Below are positions 55,120-64,000 of a stretch of DNA of 64,000 nucleotides, in pieces. Position numbers and translations under genes: made by a program. The number at the start of each line of letters is the position of its first letter. The stretch's first letter is position 1. Below the pieces are notes generated by a model. The model was not told the origin of the DNA. It worked only from the letters and a program-made list of their open reading frames with translations, and made no database searches. The stretch lies in NCBI GenBank assembly GCA_963751635.1, contig CAVVVE010000002.1, positions 278,026 to 342,025 on the forward strand, read 5' to 3'. Source of the DNA: an uncultured Chloroflexia bacterium. GTDB taxonomy: Bacteria > Chloroflexota > Anaerolineae > Anaerolineales > Anaerolineaceae.

Positions 55120-55967
55120 GCTCTCCCCGCCACCCGTTGTATTCGTGAGCGGGATGTTTTGACGACATCAGAACCAATCAGATTCGGTTTTTGCAGGAAG
55201 CATCCAAACTCGGCAGCGTACATGTTTTATTATTTTCGGATAAAACATGCGAATCCCTTCAGGAGAAGCAACCAAAATATCCAGAAACTGAACGGCGTTA
55301 TTATCTGGAATCCATCCGCTATGTGGACCGCCTGACTTTGATCGATAAGGTTAAAAGCACGGGTGAAATTCCGCAAATGAATGAAATGCTGAAAGACCTT
55401 CCTGCTCAGCCAGTCTGGGCAGTCCAGGAAGCGGATGCCAATTCAAGCCAAAAAGAATACTGCGCAAAGCATGGCTTGCGTTACCATGTCATTCCACATA
55501 AAGCGCTGGCGGGCTTTCCAATTGATAATACCCGTTCGACTTCAGAAATTTCCGGAAAGAAAAAAGTGATCGTGTCGGGCTGTTTTGACTGGGTCCACTC
55601 CGGACATATCCGCTTCTTTGAAGAGGTATCCGAATTTGGCGACCTTTATGTGGTCATCGGGCATGATGAAAATTTAAAACTATTAAAGGGAGAGGGCCAT
55701 CCCTTGTTCCAACAAGATGAACGGCGCTATTGGGTGCAATCCATTCGTTTTGTGAAAGAAGCGCTGATTTCATCCGGGCATGGCTGGCTGGATGCCGAAC
55801 CGGAGATCCTGAAAGTCAAGCCGGATATTTATGCCGTGAACGAGGATGGCGATAAACCAGAAAAAAGAAATTTCTGCCTGGATCACGGGATCGAATACAA
55901 GGTCCTGAAACGCCAACCCAAACCGGGTTTGCCGGTTCGCATAAGTTCTGTACTGAGAGGTTTTTAA
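55097..55967 (+). CDS. Tandem cytidylyltransferase-like (HxGH) nucleotidyltransferase; extra G near 55152
   Basis: Domain 1 VFVSGCFDDIRTNQIRFLQEASKLG..ER.YYLESIRYV. Domain 2 VIVSGCFDWVHSGHIRFF..ER.YWVQSIRFV..RISS. Confidence 0.8.
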
Positions 55968-56066
55968 CCAGATTAGATATTAAACTGGGACCTTTTAATA
56001 ATGGATATCAATTTATGCCTTTTTGATTTTGATCATAAACGCCACAGATTTGACAGGAGGAAAGCC

Positions 56067-56465
56067 ATGCTTAAAACCGGAATTTTAAATCCACAAATCA
56101 ATTCATTGCTCTCAAGAGTGCGCCATAACAACCTGCTCATCATTTGTGATCGCGGATTTACCAATTTTCCCCAGGTGGAAATTGTGGATATTTCCCTGGT
56201 GGATGATGTTCCGACTGTCCTGCAAGTATTCAATGCCATCAAATCCAATTTTGATATCAGCGAAATCATCATGGCGGATGAATTTAAATTAGAGAACACT
56301 GAAGAAATACAGGAAAAAGTCAGAAACGCCGCGGGGAACATCCCCATTACCTTTGAACCATCTGCCGCCATGAAAAGCCGCGCCCCACTAGCGGTTGGCA
56401 TCATCCGGACCGGAGAAACCATCCAGTACGCCAACATGATTTTGGTTTCCGGCAGGGTAGCTTAA
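56067..56465 (+). CDS. RbsD/FucU family pyranase/mutarotase
   Basis: [40 protein letters not shown]; RBS AGGAGG. Confidence 0.88.
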   Translation: MLKTGILNPQINSLLSRVRHNNLLIICDRGFTNFPQVEIVDISLVDDVPTVLQVFNAIKSNFDISEIIMADEFKLENTEEIQEKVRNAAGNIPITFEPSAAMKSRAPLAVGIIRTGETIQYANMILVSGRVA

Positions 56466-56520
56466 TTATCAGGATTTTATATTGTTTATATTACGAGAAA
56501 AAGAGAAAGGAACATTTGAG

Positions 56521-58334
56521 ATGAAAGCATCAGGAACCGGATTTGGAAATCGATGGATCGGCAGCATGCCAAAAATTGGCATCCGCCCAACCATCGATGG
56601 CCGTTTAAAAGGGGTCAGGGAAAGCCTTGAAGAACAGACAATGGGATTAGCCAATAAAACCGCGGAATTAATCAGCGCCAACCTGCGTTACCCGGATGGC
56701 TCGCCAGTGGAATGCGTTATTGCTGACACCTGCATCGGCGGCGTCGCAGAAGCAGCCCAGTGCGCCGAGAAATTCGCTCGCGAAGGCGTGAAGGTATCAA
56801 TCACAGTCACGCCCTGCTGGTGCTATGGGTCTGAAACAATGGATATGGATCCGCTTAATCCAAAAGCGGTTTGGGGCTTTAACGGCACTGAAAGGCCCGG
56901 CGCGGTTTATCTGGCGGCCGTCCTGGCAGCGCATAATCAGAAAGGGCTGCCCGCATTTTCAATTTACGGCCGTGACGTGCAGGATTCCAGCGACAAGACC
57001 ATACCGCCTGATGTGCAGGAAAAGCTTCTGCGATTTGCCCGGGCGGGGCTGGCCGCGGCAATGATGCGCGGCAAATCCTACCTATCCATGGGAGGCACAT
57101 CCATGGGGATAGGCGGTTCCATTGTTGACCAAGTCATTGTTTGAAGTCCTATTTGGGCATGCGCGTGGAAGCGATCGACATGAGTGAATTTACCAGGCGC
57201 ATGGAAGAGGAGATCTACGACAAGGAAGAGTATGCCCGCGCTCTGCAATGGACCAAAACACACTGTAAAGAAGGCCGCGAGTATAACACCCCTGAAAACC
57301 AGCGCAGCAGGGAGCAGAAAGACAAAGATTGGGAAACCGTTGTCAAGATGGCTCTCATCGGACGCGATTTGATGACGGGAAATCCGAAGCTGAAGGAATC
57401 AGGGTTTGGCGAAGAAGCCCACGGGCATAACGCCATCGTCGGCGGATTTCAGGGGCAGCGCCAATGGACCGACCATTCACCAAACGGCGATTTTATGGAG
57501 GCGATCCTCAATTCATCTTTCGATTGGAACGGCATCCGCGCGCCCTATATCCTTGCCACGGAGAACGACTGCCTGAATGGCCTGTCCATGCTCTTTGGCT
57601 ACCTGCTGACAAACACAGCCCAGGTTTTTGCCGACGTGCGCACTTACTGGAGCCCGGCGGCTGTAAAACGCGTGACCGGCTACCAGCTGGAAGGGAAAGC
57701 AGCCGACGGCATGATCCACCTGATCAACTCGGGGGCTGCCACGTTAGACGCAACTGGCTGGCAGGAGAAAGATGGAAAGCCGGTTATGAAACCCTACTGG
57801 GATATCACGGAACAGGAAGTGAACAAGTGCCTGGAGGCGACCAACTGGTATCCCGCCAGCACCGGATACTTCCGCGGAGGCGGCTTTTCTTCAGGTTTTC
57901 TCACCCGAGGCGGGATGCCGATGACCATGTCACGGATCAATCTCGTTAAGGGACTGGGGCCTGTATTGCAGATAGCGGAAGGCTGGACGGTCGATGTGCC
58001 GGAGAAGGTTCACACAACGCTGAATGAGCGCACTGACCCGACCTGGCCGACGCACTGGTTTGTCCCCAACCTGACCGGCAGCGGCGCATTTAAAGACGTC
58101 TATTCGGTCATGGCCAACTGGGGCGCCAACCATGGCGCGCTGAGCTTTGGGCATATTGGCAGCGATTTGATCACACTTGCATCCATCCTGCGGATCCCGG
58201 TCAGCATGCACAACGTGGATGAAGAGAAGACCTTCCGCCCTAGCGCGTGGGGTGCTTTCGGTGTGATGGATCCCCAGGGCGCTGATTTCCGCGCCTGCAA
58301 GAACTTCGGTCCCATTTACGGCCATTATTCATAA
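56521..58334 (+). CDS. fucI: L-fucose isomerase (indels near 57135)
   Basis: [70 protein letters not shown]. Confidence 0.95.
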
Positions 58335-58466
58335 AAAGACAAAACTGACCCAAAAGTTTTTTCAAAAAGGCTGGTAAATAAACACCCATGATATAAAATA
58401 AGTGGGTATATACAACAGATAATGGTTTTGCTCTTTTAAAATTCTTTTTGAAAGCAGGAGGAAATA

Positions 58467-60080
58467 ATGGGCCAGTTGCTTTTAGGCATTGATATCGGTA
58501 CTTACAGTTCCAAGGGCGTGCTGTGCCGCCCGGATGGCACCATCCTGGCTGAAGCCCGCGCGGAGCATGAAATGGCCATCCCGAAACCGGGATACGCGGA
58601 GCATGACGCCGACGGCGTCTGGTGGGCAGATTTCAGGCAGATCGCGAAAGAACTCTCCGGCAAAACGCCGGCGGGCGACCAGATTGCGGCGGTGGGGGTG
58701 AGCGCCATCGGCGCGTGCGTGCTGCCGGTGGATGACAGCGGCAAACCTCTGCGGCCGGGCATACTTTATGGGGTGGATACGCGCGCGGTCAGCCAGATTG
58801 AAGAGCTGGAAAAGAAATATACGCGCGAGGCGCTGGTGGAGTTCGGCGGCACGCGCCTGACCACGCAGGCCATCGGCCCCAAGATCCTGTGGATCAAGCA
58901 GAATGAACCGGAAATCTATGCCAGGGCTGCGAAATTTATTACCTCAACCTCGTATGTCATCCATAAACTGACCAATAATTATGTGATCGATGCGCATACC
59001 GCCACCGAGTTCAACCCGCTGCTGAATATCAAAAGCGTTGCCTGGGACGAGCGCTTCGCGGGCGACATTGTGGCGCTGGACAAGCTGCCTGAAATCGGCT
59101 GGTCGAACGAGATTGCCGGACGAGTGACGGCGGAAGCCGCCAAAGAGACGGGCATCCCGGAAGGGACGCCGGTGAATTTCGGCGCGGTGGACGCCTTATC
59201 CGAGGCGATCAGCGTGGGTGTGGTGAACAGCGGCGAACTGATGATCATGTACGGCAGCACCGCTTTCTTTATTTTCCTGATCGACAAGCCGGTGCCGACC
59301 AACGAGCTGTGGCTGGAAGCGGGCGCTTTCAAGGGGCAGTATGAATATTCCGCCGGCTTGTCCACCAGCGGCTCGGCCACCACCTGGTTCCGCGACCAGT
59401 TCGGGCAAGATTTGCTGCAGGCGGAAGCCGCAGGCGGGCAAAACGCCTATGCCGGACTGGCTGCTGAAGCAGCGGCCTCGCCCATCGGCGCGAACGGCCT
59501 GCTGATGCTGCCCTATATGAGCGGCGAGCGCACCCCAATCTTTGACCCGAAAGCGCGCGGGGTGTTCGCCGGCCTGTCGCTGAGCCACACGCGCGGCGAC
59601 ATCTATCGGGCGGTGCTGGAGGGCACCGCGTATGCCATCCGCATGAACCTGGAAGCCATGCAAAAAGCCGGCGCCACGATCAAACACGGCGTGGCGGTGG
59701 GCGGGGGATCTTCCAACGAATTGTGGCTGCAAATGGTGAGCGATGTATCCGGCATCCCGCAGCTGCTGCCTGAAAAAACCATCGGCGCCTCTTACGGGAA
59801 TGCCTTCCTGGCCGGCCTGGCAATCGGCGCGATCGCGAGCCTGGACAGCCTGAAAAAGGATTGGGTCAAGATCAGCCGCGAGATCAAGCCGGACATGGAA
59901 AAGAAAACAGCTTACGACCGCATGTACCTGATGTTCAAAGACCTGTACCAGCAATCGAAATCCGTCGTGCACCAATTGGCGGATATGCAGATAAAAAAGC
60001 CAAACAGACTCTTCCAAAGGGCAAGCTCGCACTCACTTCGGCGAGCTCAGTGCAAGAACTGCGAATCGAGTGACAAATAA
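58467..60080 (+). CDS. FGGY-family carbohydrate kinase (xylulokinase-like)
   Basis: GIDIGTYSSK, YGVDTRA, PKILW, YGST, LPYMSGERTP, AVLEG, VGGGS..WLQ. Confidence 0.9.
   Translation: MGQLLLGIDIGTYSSKGVLCRPDGTILAEARAEHEMAIPKPGYAEHDADGVWWADFRQIAKELSGKTPAGDQIAAVGVSAIGACVLPVDDSGKPLRPGILYGVDTRAVSQIEELEKKYTREALVEFGGTRLTTQAIGPKILWIKQNEPEIYARAAKFITSTSYVIHKLTNNYVIDAHTATEFNPLLNIKSVAWDERFAGDIVALDKLPEIGWSNEIAGRVTAEAAKETGIPEGTPVNFGAVDALSEAISVGVVNSGELMIMYGSTAFFIFLIDKPVPTNELWLEAGAFKGQYEYSAGLSTSGSATTWFRDQFGQDLLQAEAAGGQNAYAGLAAEAAASPIGANGLLMLPYMSGERTPIFDPKARGVFAGLSLSHTRGDIYRAVLEGTAYAIRMNLEAMQKAGATIKHGVAVGGGSSNELWLQMVSDVSGIPQLLPEKTIGASYGNAFLAGLAIGAIASLDSLKKDWVKISREIKPDMEKKTAYDRMYLMFKDLYQQSKSVVHQLADMQIKKPNRLFQRASSHSLRRAQCKNCESSDK
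60005..60077 (+). repeat. REP-like element with nested hairpin inside the FGGY gene 3' end
   Basis: CAGACTCTTC...AGCTCGC-N10-GCGAGCT...GAGTGACAAA; termini identical to 26633..26662. Confidence 0.55.
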
Positions 60081-60083
60081 AAA

Positions 60084-60121
60084 CGGCCTCTCAAGTCGAC
60101 TTGAGAGGCCGCTATTTTTTT
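60084..60121. terminator. Bidirectional terminator formed by a perfect 28-bp palindrome
   Basis: CGGCCTCTCAAGTC|GACTTGAGAGGCCG flanked by A-tract and T-tract, between convergent genes. Confidence 0.85.
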
Positions 60122-60128
60122 GCGGATG

Positions 60129-60527
60129 TCATTCCGCGTCCCAAGCCCAGGCGGTCATGTTCAACCCGCCGCCCGCCAGCTTAAGGGCTTTTTTCAGTTC
60201 GTACTGGCTGATTTCCGCCGTCAGCGAGCCGCGCTCGGGGATATCGCCGGTGTAATACTTTTCGAGCACCGGCAGGGCGCGGGCGTCACCCAGCTGCCCC
60301 AGCGCCCAGATGGCGGAATTGCGCGAGCGGAAGGATTGGCTGCCATCCTCCAGCCAGGCAATGAGCGACTGGACGCACTCGCCGCCATACTCCTCGCGGG
60401 CATCCGCACACAGGCTTTTGACTTCATAGCCGATGATGGTGCAGGTGACCACAAAAAACAGCATGCCGATGCTGAGGCCGACCGCGCCCAGGTATAAAAC
60501 GCTTTCCAGGATTTTCTTTTTATTCAT
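60129..60527 (-). CDS. Membrane-anchored HEAT-repeat protein
   Basis: N-terminal TM; RNSAIWALGQLGDARALPVL; YELKKALK. Confidence 0.7.
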   Translation of the reverse strand: MNKKKILESVLYLGAVGLSIGMLFFVVTCTIIGYEVKSLCADAREEYGGECVQSLIAWLEDGSQSFRSRNSAIWALGQLGDARALPVLEKYYTGDIPERGSLTAEISQYELKKALKLAGGGLNMTAWAWDAE

Positions 60528-60735
60528 CAGCCGCTCCTTCTTCTTCGTAGAAGAAAATATCCTCAATAGCCACCTCAAACAGCCGCGCCAGCTTGAAAGC
60601 CAGGTCCAGCGAGGGATTGTATTTGTTGCTCTCAATCGCAATGACCGTCTGCCGGCTGACGCCGACTTTCTCAGCCAGCTGCTCCTGCGTGAGGTCGCGC
60701 ATGGCCCTGAGGACTTTGAGCCTATTCTTCGCCAT
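60520..60735 (-). CDS. XRE-family HTH transcriptional regulator
   Basis: KNRLKVLRAMRDLTQEQLAEKVGVSRQTVIAIESNKYNPSLDLAFKLA. Confidence 0.92.
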   Translation of the reverse strand: MAKNRLKVLRAMRDLTQEQLAEKVGVSRQTVIAIESNKYNPSLDLAFKLARLFEVAIEDIFFYEEEGAADE

Positions 60736-61117
60736 CGCCGCCAAACTTTCGGTTGATAAAGTAAAGGGAAAGGGCATACAAGGCGATCAAGAACAGCGAA
60801 AGGTAAGCCAGCACAATGCCGATCGCCTCCAAAAAATAGGACTCTCCGCGGCCCAAAAGAATCAGGAAGACGGCGCCCAGGCCGAGGGTGGGCGCGAAAA
60901 TGGCATAGGACATCTGGGCGGCTTTTTCGCGCACCATTTTCTCGCGTTCATCAATTTCGATTTTGGTTTTAGAGCGCACAGCTGCCATAAAAGCCATGCC
61001 CACCACAATCCCGGCGGCTGCCAGGATGACATTATCCAGATTGACAGCCATGCCTACGATCACCGAAGTAAAGATGACAATCACAATACGAAATTTTTGA
61101 TATGTTTTTTTATTCAT
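60722..61117 (-). CDS. DUF2178-like membrane protein
   Basis: Four TM helices, DER motif (IDEREKMVREKAAQMSY); typically paired with an XRE gene. Confidence 0.75.
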   Translation of the reverse strand: MNKKTYQKFRIVIVIFTSVIVGMAVNLDNVILAAAGIVVGMAFMAAVRSKTKIEIDEREKMVREKAAQMSYAIFAPTLGLGAVFLILLGRGESYFLEAIGIVLAYLSLFLIALYALSLYFINRKFGGDGEE

Positions 61118-61125
61118 GCCTCATA

Positions 61126-61168
61126 AATGTACAACTTTCTTTACATTTTGTCAAGTATATTGTACTTA
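61126..61168 (-). promoter_or_regulatory. Promoter with candidate XRE operator
   Basis: On the - strand: TTGACA (61154-61149), 17 nt, TACATT, 8 nt before ATG. Imperfect palindrome TGTAAAGAAAGTTGTACA spans the spacer. Confidence 0.55.
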
Positions 61169-61253
61169 ACGATATTCAATAAAATACTTTCTGAAGGTAA
61201 TTGCTCTCCAAAATCCCCTGGCTGGTAAATAAAGAAATGCGCGATGAGGATTC

Positions 61254-61291
61254 GAGATTGCCGCGGCTGGCTGCGCATGCCTCGCAATGAC
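61254..61291 (+). repeat. REP/RPE-like half element
   Basis: GAGATTGCCGCGG...CCTCGCAATGAC, resembling the widespread GTCATTGCGAG..AGATTGC palindromic element. Confidence 0.5.
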
Positions 61292-61406
61292 CTGTTTGAC
61301 GCCAAAAATAATCCATACAGGAATCCACCCGGGCAAATGATTGCGTATTCAGCCAATTCGATATAGAATGCTGAACACCACTCAAATCAGAAGGGAAAAA
61401 GGAAAA

Positions 61407-62204
61407 ATGAAAAGACATTTTCGAATATTTATCGCATTAGCACTTCTGGCATCAGTATTGGCTGCCTGCGGCAACACGGAGGCAGTTGAACCTGAAAAAG
61501 ATATCCAGGCTGAAGAAGAAATATCTCCGGCTGCAACCGTTGAAGCGGAAGAACCGGAACCAGAAGATACAGTCACCCCCGAAATACCCACCCCGACCGC
61601 CGAACCCTGCCCAATTGAGTCACCCCTCAAATCCGAATGGGAAACAACCCTATGTGAAACCTTTGATTCAACCACTTCCCTCTGGGAAGGGGAGGACCAG
61701 GGAACCGTCACCCGGGTTGAAGGCGGAGAATACCTGATCGATAACTCCACCAAAGTGGCAGCCGGATATACCACCGGGTTCATTTTTCCAGTTTTCGTGG
61801 GCGAAGGCCAGGATTATATGATTTCTGTTGATGGAAAAATCGAAAGCAAATATAAAGATTTCACATGGGGCATTTTCGTCAGAAGCACAACGGATGAGAT
61901 CGTATATTTCTTTATGATCAATAAAGAAGGCATATTCTCGCTGACCGGATCTTCAGATAAAGAATCCAACCGCTATCTGGGCAATATAAAAAGCGGCGGC
62001 AACAGCGCGATCGTCTGGGATGATGTCAACACCCTTTCGGCGGTGGTTGAAGGAACGACGATGGAATTCTATATCAATGATGAACTGATCGTCACCCACG
62101 AAGCGATCAATGCCGAGAATCCGATGTTCGGCCTGATCGTTTGGGGCGGCGAAGGCGTTTCCGCAATCAACCACTTTGACAATTTGCTGGTCAGGACGAA
62201 ATAA
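61407..62204 (+). CDS. Lipoprotein with concanavalin-like/DUF1080-like beta-sandwich domain
   Basis: Lipobox LAAC, acidic PT linker, WGIFVR..YFFMI..G..NTL..EG..FYIND..FGLIV..FDNL.V. Confidence 0.65.
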   Translation: MKRHFRIFIALALLASVLAACGNTEAVEPEKDIQAEEEISPAATVEAEEPEPEDTVTPEIPTPTAEPCPIESPLKSEWETTLCETFDSTTSLWEGEDQGTVTRVEGGEYLIDNSTKVAAGYTTGFIFPVFVGEGQDYMISVDGKIESKYKDFTWGIFVRSTTDEIVYFFMINKEGIFSLTGSSDKESNRYLGNIKSGGNSAIVWDDVNTLSAVVEGTTMEFYINDELIVTHEAINAENPMFGLIVWGGEGVSAINHFDNLLVRTK

Positions 62205-62220
62205 GATCTATTTCTCGAAA

Positions 62221-62250
62221 ATAAAAAGCTGACGAAAGTCAGCTTTTTAT
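62221..62250. terminator. Bidirectional intrinsic terminator
   Basis: ATAAAAAGCTGAC-GAAA-GTCAGCTTTTTAT. Confidence 0.9.
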
Positions 62251-62361
62251 ATTTAATTGAAACCTGCTAATCAAGAACTCACCAACAATCCGCCTTAAAA
62301 AGACGATTGCGCATTGGGCTTTTCAAATTGTATTTACGAAATTCAATCTTTATTTCAGGGC

Positions 62362-64000
62362 TTACTCAAGAAACCATTTCTCTTTTATCCGCTCAGGCTG
62401 CATGAATTCATCCAAAAGGAATTTTTCATCCTGCGCCTGCGTTTTTTCCAGCCAATCCTGCAAGGTATCACTGGTGACCAGCGGGATATCCACAAACAGG
62501 CTGTGACCATACTCGCCGGCCAGGGCCGCTTCATCGATCTGCGAACCCGTCAGCAGGTAATAGGCGGCATAGACCGCGTCATAGGCGACGCCGGGCGGGT
62601 TAAGCACTGCCAGGCAGTCAAAAGCGGGATTCTCTTTCAACATTTCGGTCCAGGCAAACAAGCCTTCCTTGCTCGCTTCACATAAAACCTGCGGCCAGGC
62701 TTGCCGGTTTAAACCCTTTGACAGCCCATTGCACAGAAACCGCGCGCTCATTGGACCAGAAACCTTTCAGGTTTGGATGCGATTTCAGAATTTCCGCTGC
62801 ACCAGCTTCCAGCTTGTTGTGGTCATATTTGCCCGAAATCTGGTCAACGAGCGTGATGCCAGGATTTTCTGCGAGCACTTCTTTTATGAAGGTTTCATGC
62901 CCGTATGCACCCTTCAGGTCAATGTAGGCCAACTCGCCCTGCCCTTTCATCTGCTTAATCACCCATTCCAGGCCGGTGCGCACCCACTCGCGGTTATCGA
63001 CCGTGATACTGTAGGCGCCGTCCGTCAGGGTCTCGGCATCCAGCAGGAAAACCGGGACGCCCTGATCGCGGGCGCTGAGGATGTCATTATGCAGCCCCGG
63101 CACGGTATTGGTATCCGCGTTGTGAACCACCGCGTCCACACCCTGCTCCAGCAAAGCCGGCAGATCGCCGTAAACGCATTGATGCCGAGCTCATCGCAGG
63201 CCTGCTGGAAATTCTGCTTGCGCTGCTGCTGCCATTGGTCATCGCCCGCGTAGCCGATCACCAAATCTTGCGGCGATTTCGGCTGCGGCTGCGCTGCAGC
63301 CGGTTCTGCTTGCGGCACAGCGGCTGCCTGGGGAGCAACGCCAGCGGGCCGCAATTTGCGGGCCAGTCGGGATTGCGGTCGTCGGCGGGATTGTTGGTGA
63401 GGTTCAAGAAAATATCCGGATAGATCTCGCCCACCAGATAAATCTCATTATCGCCGCCGTTCAGGTCGCCGCTCAATGCATTCCACGCGCTCGCCTTCCA
63501 GGGTCCAAAACGGCAGGTATTTCTGGATCTCGCCCTTGCCGCCCGCGGGGATGATATTTGCCCCGTCGGCATCCATGACGCAGTTAAAACAGCCGGCTTC
63601 CTGGTTATCCCAATGGGTGAAGAGCTGCCCGTCAACCGTCCATGCAACATCGGTGACCTTGCCGTCGTGGCTCAACTTGCGCACATTGCCGCCATCCGCA
63701 TCCATGACAAAAATGTTCCAGTTGTTGTCGCTGCCGGAAAGCCAGACAAGTTGGCTGCTATCAGGCGACCAGGAAGAACGCCAATCCTTTTCAGGGCTGT
63801 TGGTGAGGTTGACAGCCTGGCCGCTGCCATCGGCATTCATGACGTAAATGTCGTCATTGACCGTGTAGGTGATGCGGCTGCCGTCAGGCGACCAGTCGGG
63901 GAAGGAAGCGGGGGATTCCATGGAAAGCTGGCGCACGTCTGCGCCAGCGGCGGTCATGACATAGATGAACTGGCCGCCACTCCTTACCATTATCGCGGTT
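62362..64000 (-). CDS. TolB-like (PD40) beta-propeller apparently fused to a periplasmic sugar-binding-type domain (several indels; 5' end outside window)
   Basis: WSPDG/WSPDS and IYVMNADG repeats, A/P/Q linker, then GVDAVV..GVPVFLLDA..ITVDN..W.IKQM.G.G..HPNLKGFW. Confidence 0.65.

Noticed and set aside
2178-64000. Numerous split genes as pseudogenes or programmed frameshifts
   Set aside because: Breaks hit housekeeping genes (trxB, mevalonate decarboxylase, nnr, fucI) at arbitrary positions, often in short homopolymers, with otherwise intact motifs. Long-read indel error explains this best.

Overview
Bacterial chromosomal window, most likely Chloroflexota (Anaerolineae-like). This is inferred from Pro/Thr-rich lipoproteins, a mevalonate-pathway decarboxylase and an archaeal-type thiolase. 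Many otherwise intact genes are split by single-base indels, typical of an unpolished long-read assembly, so split ORFs were re-joined by eye. Layout: (1) 1-34 kb housekeeping genes (hemW, LysM protein, trxB, fabL-like, thiolase, YcaQ-like, GH13, a divergent ftsZ, mevalonate decarboxylase, rseP, uvrB-mfd-pth, nnr, ABC exporter pair, CarD-like). (2) A very AT-rich island at about 34.3-39.6 kb, poorly captured by the ORF track. By hand translation it encodes an OLD-type ATPase-TOPRIM nuclease followed by a tightly coupled PRTase-like / 4-TM membrane protein / TM-(OB?)-PRTase cassette, a candidate undescribed anti-phage system. Helically phased TTGACA repeats mark its left edge. (3) DEAD-box helicase, signalling and accessory genes. 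(4) A LacI-controlled sugar locus (46-60 kb) that joins a GDP-mannose 3,5-epimerase, a minimal GHMP kinase and a tandem nucleotidyltransferase to FucU, FucI and FGGY catabolic genes, suggesting a Leloir-like route for an L-hexose such as L-galactose. Other notable items are an FtsZ lacking its catalytic T7-loop residues, REP-like elements inside gene 3' ends, and leaderless-type promoters. No rRNA, tRNA, CRISPR array, integrase or transposase was recognised. All calls come from reading motifs; no database searches were run.
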